64,000 bases of DNA from assembly GCA_051362555.1 (NCBI GenBank), contig CM120642.1, positions 8,060,001 to 8,124,000 on the forward strand. Reading direction: 5' to 3'. A model generated the notes under the pieces. The model saw only the letters and a list, made by a program, of their open reading frames with translations, ran no database searches and was not told the origin of the DNA. This stretch comes from Lingula anatina (Eukaryota > Animalia > Brachiopoda). Below, one piece after another: positions 24,688-38,359 of this stretch; within the stretch, counting starts at the first letter, position 1; each line of letters opens with the position of its first letter. The position numbers and the translations under genes were made by a program.

Positions 24688-27600
24688 CTGAAAAATTAAA
24701 TAAAATAGGATTAATGATTATTATTCTAGAAATTAGAAACAATAATTTTCACCAATATAAAGTATTTCATCATTTAGTTATTAAAATCCCTAAAAGTTTG
24801 CAGGCTGCAGATATTCATTTTTAAAGGTTTTATTAGTGCAGCAGTAATGCAAATTTGAATTAATTGCATCATTATAAGGACAAACAGTAGCCTTTTTTTA
24901 CCTTATTTTGTCATACTGGGAGACTAACAGTGAATAACAATTGATTACATAAATATAACCTTAATTGATAAGATACACAAGATTTTTAATTTGTACTTGA
25001 CTTGTCTTATCACCTATCTGTTGTGTTTCTAAGTTCTTATTCACATGAAACACTCAAAGCTATACAAACAACATTGATTACTTTTAGTTTAAAAACAAAG
25101 ATCTCTTTATCTACATTGATTACAATTTTATAAGGCACTTTAACAAATAGAGTAATCATACTAAAACTGTGTCTACAGTTAACTCTACAACTCTGATCAC
25201 AAGTCATTTTGACAAATAGAGTCTTTAATTTAGTCCTTTGAAAGTTATGAGATAAAATTCCTTGTCATTGTTAGGGGAGGATGTGTGGAGTGTTGACTGT
25301 TATTTCTTCATTATCTTTCTCAGTTTACCAGTGACTAAAGTGGATGGTTTAACACCCCCAGGGGTAAAAGAGCACACCCCGGCTTAGGAACAGGGTCAAC
25401 AACAGAGGTGGTCTATCAAGACAGGCAATTCTGTGGCTGAGATGCTTTTCGCATAACGCTTACATTATTGCATTTTCCATTATATTAAACAAACAGCTTT
25501 GCAATACAAGCAATGTATTGTCACATGCTAGGTATTTGCTCAAAGTCTGCTGGTTAAATGGGAAAGCCAACAGAAGTAGAGAGGGCAATTTCTGTGGTAA
25601 GAAGCATGTTGTTCAATATTCTTGGTCAATTTTTCCACTTGGAAAACAGACGTATAGAGAGGTTCTCTTGATGTTCAAATGTTTGCCGATACACTAAAAC
25701 ATCAAAAATATTGCTCTAAGATAGTATTTACAAAATGTAATCAAGTTTTTACTAATATCTTAAGGGCATGTCTCAAATGAATGAAAATGGAATGTGCTTT
25801 ACTAGAAATAAATATTATTATTATTATTATGATACTGCATTGCTGCGTGCAAGAAGAGACTACTTCTTTACTGCTTGTACATAAATCTTAAAAATTAACT
25901 TAAACTGTTTAAGATTATTGTATCCAACCCCTTGCATATCCCAGCTCCCATTTTCTCCCCCTAGCCACACATTTTCTCTTTAATCTCAACTTGTGGGGTC
26001 ATTTCCTTGACCCCGGGACTCATTCTCTCATTTAAGAGCTTGTAGCCGGTAACAGACACCATGGTCCCTGAACACTAACAGCTCACTTAATGGATTTGCC
26101 TAAATGAGGTGTGTTACTTAAGGGAGAAGTCTATTTACCTAGCCCAGCAGTTCTGTTTGTATGACTACTGTATGGGGACACCTTGACTTTAGCCCTAGCC
26201 AGAATAATATTGTGTCTCACAATATAAAAGCATTGACAGTTACTACTTTGCTGTGTTTGGGGAGTAATTGTGGGCTGTTTTGACTCCCAGCTCCATGCTT
26301 GGGTTTGTCTGGTATTTTGAGACTATAATGCTAATTGTACCTTGAGAAGAAAAAATTGAAAAGGTTTTGTTAAGACACATTAAGTATAGAGTTACAAGTG
26401 TAAAAAAAGCTATGCTGGGGTAAGTTGTGACAGAGAAATGTTCAAAAGCATACATAATTCTACTCTTCTCCTAATACCAATTAGTTTAAAGCATAAAACA
26501 AACAAATAAAAAATCAAGAAACCAAGATATCAAATGCAGTTATCAAACCAGCATCATATGTCTGAAAACCAGGTAGTTATATTTTTGATGTGTTATAATT
26601 TTTTAAATTAACATTGATTTTAAGAGTTAAATAAAATCCTCCCCCCCCCCCCCCCCTCATTATCATTATTACCTTTTCAAGTTATATGTAAATCAGTGCT
26701 ATGAAACACAGGGTTGCACCCACATATACCCACAATTTGCCACTTTTTACTCGCTTTTGATGTAGAAGTGAAATAGTACTAGCAGTAAAATGTATTAACA
26801 CCAATAAAAGAAGCTTTTCAGATAGCATCAGCTTTTAACATATACTTTGAAAGCCAATGGCCTTGTTTCAAGTCAATACACCTGTTCCGTGACCACAGCT
26901 GTTATCATCAAGATTTTATGACATGTCATATCTAACCTTACACAGTTCACTGATAGGTGGATACAAAGTTATATACCTGTGATATCAATGAACCCGCATT
27001 GGTGCAATATTATCCAGTATTGAAATAAGGAGAGCATGTACAATGCTGAACTCAGCCTGACTTAGTTTATAACCAGTGGTGAAGTTATCTGCCTTTTTTT
27101 TGTTCCTTTTTGAAAATTCAAACTGTTCAAATCTATGTGAATGCAAGTGCACCTGTGACCATGAAAGTGTATGTGTGTGTGTATGTGACTGCACGTGTGT
27201 GTGTGTGTGTGTGTGGCCGTTGTGTGTGTGTTTGTTGGAAGTAACACCTAAACTTGACTACAAGTTTATTTCCATGCATTACCTATATGTACATTACAGC
27301 TTAAATATAGATAACACTGTGATGTATCTATAAGATGATTCTATGATTGCATTGGATTTCAGTCACAGCATCATCCAGTCTGAAAAATAGCTATTTTGAG
27401 GTCTAATTATAAATATTTCATCTGCATTTTGAACACTAATCAGAACCATTATCATTGTCAATTGATGTATCTTGTCACTTTTTTTCACTCATCAAATTAT
27501 TATTATTGTTGTTTGAACCTTGATATACTGATATCATACTACAACGTGGAAATGAGAGAGGAAAGCACCAGGTGACAAGTGGGTGTCTCAATTTCCTGCC

Positions 27601-30600
27601 ATTTTTCATTCAAATGCAATATTGTGACCATACCACAGCTTGGACTAACTTAAACCCCTTGTTATCTATTTGTTGGATCAGTATTTAATCATTACATGTA
27701 TCAGAATCTGCATGGAGTCATGCTACCTGATAACATAAAACATGGCAAACACAGGAGGACATGGGATCTCACAATGGAGATTCTTCTTCAACAGAAATAA
27801 CATGTGGAATTTAGAAATTTTTTACATGACTAACCATCTGTTTATTTCTGTCTTTTGAGCAATATAAAAATTGTACTAGCTACCCATACATGAACTGATA
27901 TACAATTGTGCAGGTGCTTTTATCTGATTTGCCATACTAGCCACAGTTTTTCAGGAGTCCTGACCCCTGGTGGTCACTAATTTACCATCATCTTGACCCA
28001 TAACACTGTAACCATGCTCCTGAATGCATATCTGATGTGTAATGTACATTTTAATGGGCAGTTCTTTCATTCCAGTGGGCGGCCATGAACACAGTGATGA
28101 CAGGTGAACTGATAAGTGTTGAAGGAAAAAGGCTGTACCAGACTACATAAGGAATCCAATATATCTTTAATTTTGTGAAAATCATTATGAGGTGATGTGC
28201 CCCCATTTTGGTAACTCCACCCTTAATCTTGAATTTATTCAATAAACAGACTTCGTAGTTATCAGTAAGCTTGTCACTAAGTATTTCCTTCACTTTCCTT
28301 CAAATTATGATGTTCATGGAATTTAACCTGTACTATGCTACAGAGACAGGGAAAAGATGGTGCACCTACCATTTTATTATTTTTTTTAATAAAATCAAGA
28401 CATTCAAGAGTCATGATCTCTCACATAAACTAAGCAATACCAATCTTTCAGTTCAGAAACTTGTTCTCTGCCTATTTATGCCTATTCTTTTCTATTTTAA
28501 TGGGTTTGGGCTCTCTTTCAATATTTTATTTTCACATCGATACCCACATCATAGCATCTAGTTTAACAAGGTGGAATTTTATCGCTTTAATTGAACTGTT
28601 TATTCTACAGTGGTTCTGACTTATCTGATCTCAGCTAGGTCCAGTTCACACACAGTTTTAGAAAATTTTGAAAACAGCCAGTTGGATCACAACCTGGTAA
28701 CTTATACAAACTATTTATGCTCTTAATTTCAACCTGAATGTACTAAGACCATGTGTGAAAAGCAAATCCTGATCAACAATGGCCCAGACCCACAGATCCA
28801 GAGACTTTACTTCATATTAACTTCATAAATCTGAAGCGAATTAAGACTAGATCACAGAAAATGATGTGTAAATACTCTCATACTTGTGTCACTGTTGTCT
28901 GGGTGTAAACCAAAGTAGATTCATGTGTGTGTTTGGGTGATAACTAGGTATTTAAAGATAACCTTCAGGTCAGTTCTTGTCAAAGATTTGGATGTCTTGG
29001 ATGGTGGGCCTTGTAGCATTAGTGAGCAGCTAAAACATTCTTTTCATCATTCTTCAAAATTAGAATAAATTCATAATCCAATTATCATTCAATGTACTTA
29101 AACCACTGCAATTTTGGTCTTCACTTTTAAAAAATGAACTATTGGTAAAAAGCATACTATCTTTCCTTTATATGAGACAGAAGCATTATGTCACTGAATT
29201 TTTAGCCTGAGTCAAAAAATGGTCTGAAATTCAAGACAACTTTGGGACTGAAGTGCTCCTGCGAAACTGGTCCCTGGACCAATCTTGCACCTTGATGACC
29301 TCGAGGTCACACACCCGACTGGTCAGCGCACCTTATCCATGAAAAATCTGGTTTACATGTGGTCTTTGTGAGATTTATAAGTGTATACACAAGATAACTA
29401 GTGGCTGATCATCAGGTAGTATTAAACAGGTACAGGTAAACAGTTTTATAACATTCGAGTGGGAGACCCCCCTACCCTCTTTATTTGTTCCAACTTGAGA
29501 AATACTCCATTGATTGGGTTTTGATCCACTTTTAGAACTTTTCCTTTTGATTAAACCTGAAGATTACTTCACCTTTGTCAGTTTTTCAAAACAATGTATC
29601 CCAACCCAATTTCCTAGACAATCTTTTTGTCTGATCTGGACATAGTCTGATGTCATCAGGTAAGTTCCATTATATTTAATGTGTTTACATGTTTTCAAAT
29701 CAGACATTTGTAAAACAAGCTTTATCCACTATAAACATGTTTGTACTTCTTTAGTGTTTCTTCATTTTTCTTACTTTTTTTTCTTATTTTACTTTCAAAA
29801 CAAAGCATTTGTAGATGATCTCAAGGTTAAGCCCCATGCTGTCAGCTCTTTGTGACACTAGTAACCTAAGCCCGGCAACCCTCAGCCTCTAAAGTGAAAC
29901 CCTAGTCTCTTGAACAGACTCCTGTCAGGTAAACACCACTTATTTAAAGTACGTAGTTGGGGCATACTGGCTACTTTTTATCCCTTCAACTTTCTGTCCA
30001 CCCCCACAACCCCCAACCCTTACCCCTACCCAAAAAGAGACAAAAAAGAGAAATAATTAAATGAAAATGTAAAAATCTCTTATGATTGATTTTAAGAATA
30101 GAATATATGAATGATTAACATTACCCAAAGAAACTGCCAAGGAACACTCCTACCCCTATGTTGAAGATACTGTAATCTTATACCTTACAAGAGGATTTCA
30201 GGGTTGGACGTAAAAAAAGAACTGGTAACCAGACACCACCTAATTTCCTTTCAATAACACTGATAGTAGCAGACAGTGTTTTGTAGTTCACAGCAGAGGT
30301 GAGATACAACCAAACTTTTCAGGAAGCTCGCAGGTGTAGACATGTCAGAGTGCATTGAAGCCTGTCAGAGCCCTTGTTCTGGAAAGTAAACCCCTGTGTA
30401 AAACTTTAACACATAGAAACCATGGTGTGCTTATGACATGAATTTGTGTAGGTGTCCTGATCATATTCATACACCATATGGGTTGTTTATTGTGAAATAA
30501 AATACACCATTTGTTATAGATAAGACATTTTCTTTTGGATATTTGCTATTTACTATACATACTGTAATGTAAACACTGATGGGTCCAGGACCTTGCCACA

Positions 30601-31243
30601 GAGGAGGAAGGGGGGGGGGGGGGGAGGATAACAAATGTTTGTCTTGCTTTGCTGTAAATCTGTAAATATTGAATAATTGGAAACAGGGAAAATCCACTTT
30701 AATATGCAAGACACAGACACAAATTGATGGGCAATAAGGGTAAGAGGAAACCGCCATAGCAGAAGGGGTGGGGCATGTGATAAATTGTGTCAACCCCCTG
30801 GAGCTGTCTCTGATTGAAGACCAAACTGTAGAGAGCCTTGCCATAGGAGTGTACTATTTTGGTGCAGCAAGGTCTCCCTAACTACCCACATTCTTTGTTA
30901 GACATAAATTGAATTTCATGAATATGAACAGCTTCCAAATTCTTTAAACATTAGAAATTGTACCCTCCTATTTTTTATAAGCATTCCTCATTTAATGAAG
31001 CCTTTCATTGAGAACGATCAGTCACCACACGAAAACCACATATAAATGTGGTGAGCACATGGCCACAAGATGATACATTGAACACAGTGTACTGTATCCT
31101 AGGACTTCACACAGGGATGTACTGAGAACACAGCTACTGTGTGTGAAGGAAATTTTAATGGACACCAAAACAGATATATTTCAATACTTAGGTATACCCC
31201 TTTCCCCCATCATCAACCAACATCAACCCTAACATGCAAGTGT

Positions 31244-31244
<1 letters not shown>

Positions 31245-31328
<84 letters not shown>
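31245..31328. repeat. Compound (CA)n(GA)n microsatellite
   Basis: Direct reading. Confidence 0.95.
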
Positions 31329-31334
<6 letters not shown>

Positions 31335-31578
31335 TGCAAAAGTTTATCACCATATCACATTATAACTATAACTGTTCAGATTCAATATTTACACCACCTA
31401 ATAATTACTTAGCACAAAAAGCATTGGTTTTGTCATTATGTCATACATTTTGGTGTCATCTCCTCAGAAATGATTAGCAATCTTATTATGCAAATCTTAT
31501 CAAGTTATCAAGCTCTCAGGCTTGCCCAAAAGACAATTGCCCAAGTGTTATGTTCTGAATGGGAGTAAAAGCTGATTA

Positions 31579-31628
<50 letters not shown>

Positions 31629-34600
31629 ACTGACAGTGGCTAACCACAGCATGGTGGGTTCACTCTTGTACCAGATTTCTGATGTAACTTGACAGCACTA
31701 AACATGCAATGCTATGTTGTCTTGACAACAGTGGTTTAAGTGACTAAACAATTCTGTTCAAGTACAAACATTCATGTCTCCATTTCAACTTTGAAGTGTA
31801 TAAGCAAAAAACATTGAGATTCCATCCGTACACTAAAATAATTCTGCTTATAATTCAAGAGTTCATATAAATATTTTTAGAAGAGAAGAATAGGTCTGTG
31901 ATATTTCAAGTAATTAAGTCTTTAAAAATCTAAATATTTTAGTGAAGGTAAATTTTCAGAAACAAACTGTATATGTTAAACTTATATTTAAACTTTGCAA
32001 ATATTTGTGACTGGTGCAAAAAGGAATTGTTTTATAAATATAATGGAATTGTGAAGAGACAGCCAATCACATGGATTTCATTCCATCATCTTCAGTCCAT
32101 AGCTGCAAGTACATTATTGCCCAGCTTGTGTTTATCTAGTTTATTTACATTTTTAAGAAAATGCAAAAACAATATTATTTGTGCTCTATTTAAAGTGGTC
32201 TGAGAGTGCAAGTGATACAGTACACCAGTTGTGCATTTATACACTTACTCTACATCACCCAGAAAGAGGAATGCAAACAAACAAAATTCCCCTTAAAATT
32301 GCTTCAGATCATTTTTAACTTCCAACAGCTGAGCACAGAGTTCCATTCCTGAAACCACCATAATGGCAGCTACTATAGAGGCTTAATTGTCACGAGACAA
32401 ACAGATCAAACAGAGAACACTACTGCCCCTCGAATTAGTTGGCCATATTACAGAGTTGACAAAATCTGGGAATGGAAAATTAGGTCAAGTCTGAAAAAGT
32501 GTTTGAAACAGCTATTGAGCTAAAAGAAAAAAAAAGTAGTCACATTAAGTTATCTGGTTGTCTTGTGACACAAGTTTAACTAATGCAAGTTTTAAGTTGG
32601 TACAGATATAAATGTGCCTTAAGACCCTCAATCATGATTGTTTTTGATACCATTTCAGCTGGTCCTTGAATCCAGGTGGGCGAAGAACTGAAAGCCTCAA
32701 GTAAAAGGTGATGACAGGATACACGACCACCTGGGACTGTTTCTATTATCTCTCGCCACAATCCGAGAGCAGAAATCAATTTCAACAAAAACAGACGTTG
32801 CTGTTTGAACAGATTTGTCCAACAAAATGGATTGTCTCTCTCAGGATTATTGATTAGGTTTCTCTTGGAATGGCATGGAAATCAAGGAAACTCCGAGAGG
32901 GATGGACCCCAAGGATTTGTTTCATGTGCCACACCCTATTTGATAGGTGCAGTTCACACTGAGCAACACTAACAGTACACTTGAACTTGCCTTACAATTT
33001 GACTTTGATTAGAGAAAATAGTTTCATTAAATATGTAAACAGTTTTATAGATTCAGAAGTAATCTTGTCTTCATTAATTAAGGTGGTCAAAAAGGGGCTG
33101 CGCTACTGTATGGTGTGACTTAGATATGAAGCCTAAAATAAGCTCCCCCACAAATACATAAAATGTGCCATAAGACCATACAGACCAAGAATTGACAAAT
33201 TTTTTTTACCCACCAAGACAAAGAAAAACCCTGGACACGATATTGTGTAACAAGTTTGAAACAGCTTAATTGCTACTATGATGTCCTCGGTTTCTAGGGA
33301 ATAGATTCCCAGGGAAGAACAGAGCCTGATGTGTGTCAATATTTGAAGGGTTTGATGAGTGCATTCACTCAGTGTGTGCTGTACCTGAGTATGTGACATT
33401 TACACAGGTATGGGAATGTCCAGGAGTATCCTGTTACAGTTATGTGACATATGCCCTGATAGAGTTACAGAAGGTCCATTCTCCAAGAAACTAGCGTTCT
33501 ACGTAGACTGATCCAACTTCACTCTCGCTGAATGCAATCAGTTTAAAGCTTAATATGCCCCCTCCTGTTTCCAAGGTACTTGCATAATTTCAAACTTTTT
33601 TGTATTCCCACAGAGTTTGTTCAATCTGCGTAGAACAACATTAGTACATTTTCATTAGGAAAGATCCCAGATGACTTCTAGAAACTAATCAACACTTGTC
33701 AGCATGCTGCACAAAAGGATTCTGTTGCATCTTTTTGTGATGGTGGCAAGTATGAACCAAGTCACTGCTAATGGCAAATGTGTTAAAGTAAAAAGTGGAT
33801 TCAAATGTGTTTGCTTCTATACTCACTATGGCACATTAACCCAGGACATTAACAATGTTTCAATTGAAATTCCAAAACAAAACCGTAAGGTCTGGTTCAA
33901 TCTAAAGCAGCAGTCTTTTGAAATACAAGCCCCTTCTCAAGTGTTTCACACATAAAATGGGTCCAGGTATAGTTGTAATACACCACAGTGTATAAGGCGG
34001 TTCATGTGCATGAACTCTGACAGTTTGAAGTATATGCCAGTACTTGGTTTACACACCTTTATCACCTGACAGGTAAAGGCAAGAGATGCTGGTGTTCTCT
34101 ATCACCTTCCCTTGCAACAGTTATGTAACAGCCATTGCATGTCTCTCAATTATCGTGCTGTCAGACACATGAGGAGAAATTGAAGACATTTCTAGCAACT
34201 TTGAACAAGCTGTGACATAATAAATATTCTGTTTGTGTGACAATTGCTGTGGTTTCAGGCACCTACGAACTATGAACAGGTACTTGTGCTAACAGATTAT
34301 CACATGATTTGACATCCAAGAGACTAGGTGTAGCTAATAATCCTCTCTCAGACACTCTCAGTGTGAAGCACTCCCCTTTATATTCATATATGGCATGCTT
34401 GTTGTTGACTGCATTACTTTGGGCAGTGAAATTTCAAAATGTGAAAAACAGTCTTGCTCAGGTTGCATAGTAAACTATACATTAATTTTCAGGAACATGA
34501 ATTTTCAGTTATGACAGGGCCCTGTCCACACTATATTTGTTATATACATGTAGATCTACCAATATGGCCATAGTGGCCAGTCACCTCAGATATCATGTAG

Positions 34601-37600
34601 CTGGCTGTTCTCAGTGGTCATTGATTGATCACAGGAGATTTGAGTGGTCAGCGTAAAAGTGATCGATGTCTGCAAATGCAAGGACTGTTATACATCCTTA
34701 GTAAATGTAAAGGGATTTAAATGTAGTATTTGCCCTGTTGATGCAAACTTAAGGAGAAGTGCTTGTTTTAGGATTAGTCTGGAATGGATAAGCATACTGT
34801 AGTAAGACACTTTACATTATTTATGTGGTTATGTCTTTGTTATGTTAGATTTAATTAATCGCTATAATTTAACACACATAAATATACTGGTTAGCTGCAA
34901 ATATTAGGCCTACTCTAATGTATGAAATCTTTCTTACATAATTATATCATAAGCCACTTTATAGTTGACTCCAACCTGTGCTTTCTTTCTTGCCTTGGTT
35001 CTGAAATGTTAGGAGGGTAACTGAAACAGCCTTTAGCATGCACATGAAGGCATTTTAACAAACTCACCTAATGACAAGTGTGAAAAATATAAATCGTATC
35101 ATTTTCTTAATGTTGTGTTTTACATGTGCTAATGATTGTAACATCTGTGTTTTACAAGTCAATCTCCATGTAAGTTTCTGGATGGTGACAGAGTACTTCC
35201 TTCCCATGATAAAACACCACAGGTGTCTCCCAGTGTCACCCTGTGTCTAAAAGATTGCTACCATCTATTATCACCTGGATGCCCCTACCATTTGCCTACC
35301 CTTTACCAAGGGACACAGATTGATTTTTTCACTACATTTTCACAGATATGTCTCTAGCTAAATGATAAAACTTTTCTACACTGTGTTAGAGAAATTTGCA
35401 CAATATTATCTGTGACCCTGGTAGAGGGTACCATTTTCTAGTATTCAATGACTGAAAACGCTGATTTCTGAGTTTTGGGGGATACTGAAAACTCATCTAT
35501 GTTTTCCACATGTCTCTACCACTTCTAGTATCCAGTAACTTGAAACAACAGAGACTTGCTGATAACAGAAGCGAGTTTCCAAAAATCACTGAATCTCAGG
35601 GTACCAACCAATACTGACAAGATTGATGCTGTGATGGATTCCTTTTGACACACCACCACTTAGATATACTTCCTATATTTCCTAGATCATTCTTGGTATA
35701 ATCCTTCAGTGACTTTTCTGTGATTCACAAGTTCATTGTGTAAAACATTCTTAGAAACTGGAAGGTACTGGTGTTTTGACTTTTTTATTCAGATTGTGAC
35801 CTGTTCTGGAATGATTGATTGATTAGTCAGTGAGTAATTGTTCAGTATTATCCAAAGATGTTTCAATTTAATCTGATAATATTGTTTGAAAATGTGCAGC
35901 TTTTCATGAGAGGAAACACAGAGAACCTGCATTTAAATCGTCTACTTTGATTAAAACCACACAGGTTGAATTCTGATTATATCTTTGTCCCCAGTGGCAG
36001 AAACTGTTGTGCAATAAGCTTCAGTTTGCAGTATTACTTATTCACTTTCTGAAATTCTGATACAATTTTTAATTCTAAGAAGTGAGATCTGACAATTGCT
36101 GATACATTTGCTTTTCCAATCCCTCTTAAAATGTTTTGTCTAGGTATTTTTGTACAAATGCCCCCCCCCCCCCAATCCCATGGGGCAAATCGCCTACCTC
36201 AATGTTATCAAGCCTAATTGACTTATCGCTCTTATATCACCTCACTACTGATACGCCAAATTTATTTTGACAGCTCGTCTACTGCTTACAGACTGGGCAC
36301 ACTTCAAAAATAATCATAATCACATGCCTCATTAACTCTTGGCCACTTGATGTCCAGTCGGGGCACCTGCTAAATGTCCACTGGCTATTAATAAATCTGT
36401 GTCTGGCCAGACATTACGCCACAAAGTTCAGATCAGGTCGGAAACGCGTGCACAGAGTTCAAGATATTACTGAAACACCTCAATCATTAACATTTGCCGT
36501 TTTCACCAATATCTTTAACCCAGGGTGTGTTATTGTTTATTTTGGATTTAGGCCCTACTGCTGATCATTTTGAAAACAGGTTAACGATCCTCCCCTCGAC
36601 CTTTATCGCGTAAAAAATAGCTATTTCTTCCCCTTTTTTGTTTCAGTGTTTTAAAGTCAAATTTTAATGGATACGAGTCTCCCTTTCTACCTCTATTACG
36701 TTTCACAGCACGACACGTGTTTTAATAAAGTAAAAAGTGTCAACTTTATCAGTTCCCTCGTTCAGAAAAGAAACGGAGATTTTTATAATCACATTTGTCT
36801 TCATATATCCTCTGCCATGTTATCGCACCTATTTAAACCCAAGATGGTGAATAGAAACATTTCTGTCGACGTAGTCTCGCTGACAACGATGAAATTTTCA
36901 TAAGTTTGCTATTTACAAACAGTTTGGCTTAATGACACTCCTAAAGACGGGATAGAATGACCTAGATTAACTGTGAATAGACTCTTTACAAAAATTACAC
37001 ATACAGTGGTATTTAAATGACATGAGACACGTTCATATTTTTGTCGGCCCCCAATATTTTCTGCATGAAAGGTATCAGGACGATGCACGATTATTTTAAC
37101 ATTAGATGTTGAGTACTACTTGACCCTCAAGTGAGAAATTGACAATATTAACATAAATTTCATTCCAACTTTCTTTCAAGTCCTTACACAAAAGGGCTGT
37201 TGAGAGTTTGTGGCATTTATTGGGCAAGTTGATGAATTAATCTGCAAACCGCACGGGTCAAAAGCATCCCAACTAACGTTTTATTTCAAAGTCGTGCCCT
37301 GTTCTTAAATGGGTTAATTTGGGTGATTTATTCTGATAGGACTGTTATCCCGTTTGTTTCGTACGTTCGTGAGAGGATTCTGGCTACAAAATGCGTAGGT
37401 TTTACCTACTTCATATTTTCACCATCCGTTTTCTGTACCATTCGTCAATGATTGTTTGTTTGTTTGTTTTCATTTTACCATATTATATCTGACAAATGCA
37501 GGTTTGTCTTAGCGGCAATTTCAGACCTTCATATATTTTTATTTATTTTTTAATTACATAATTTAATTGTATACATATGTCATGAAAATGAAGCTAGCGT

Positions 37601-38316
37601 TAACTTAAGAAATCCCCGAAGATCAACCTAGGGATTTGTACGGAAGATTGTAATTCGCTTTCTCACCGTTTATCAGTCTGCGGACACGGTCCTGGGTGCC
37701 ACAGTATCTGTCGTAGGAGTCAGATAGATGCCGCCCGATATCATAGCGGCACAGCGAGAACACAGATCAGACATTGGTGTCGATACGGGCTATCAGAAAC
37801 ATTACTCATTACCAGAAATGGGACAGTTTACACTTTAGATAGAGGTTCGATGAACGTACTGTGCAGAGCGAGGGGATCAAGGATCGGAACCGTTCCCGAT
37901 GAAATGATACCCAGGTGCACCCTGCGTATGAGAAGTTACTGGGACATAGTTTCCATTGTGAGCATGGTTTTGCCGTGCCCAGTGCTATTACTTATAGAGA
38001 TCAGTTTCCAGGAATCTCTGAAACTCAGGATGGCCGTGTGGAAATGGCGGAAGACTTGAAGCAGAAACATTAGCCGTAGATCAGGAAAGTTTATCTTTGT
38101 AAGCCAGGGGTATGCAACTTCGACAAGGTCTCATCAGAGAATACGTACATTGTTATTGCGCTATAAATCTTTCCAATTTCCATTAGGTTATACACACTAT
38201 AATTGTAGTATATAGTATTCAGTGCATTGTTATTGCGCTTATATGCAAAACGTAGTGTAGAGAGCCAACAAATATTCGTGCTCAATAATGATAATGATAA
38301 TAACAATAATAAAAAG

Positions 38317-38317
<1 letters not shown>

Positions 38318-38358
<41 letters not shown>
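38318..38358. repeat. (ATT)n microsatellite
   Basis: Direct reading. Confidence 0.95.

Positions 38359-38359
<1 letters not shown>

Noticed and set aside
24688-24742. Hydrophobic N-terminus MFLISRIIIINPILF of the same ORF as a signal peptide
   Set aside because: Non-ATG start in AT-rich intron sequence before a clear acceptor; a better signal exon exists at 49543.
31585-31627. 43-nt poly-A as a retroposon tail
   Set aside because: No recognisable SINE/LINE body or TSD next to it; homopolymer runs are common across the window.
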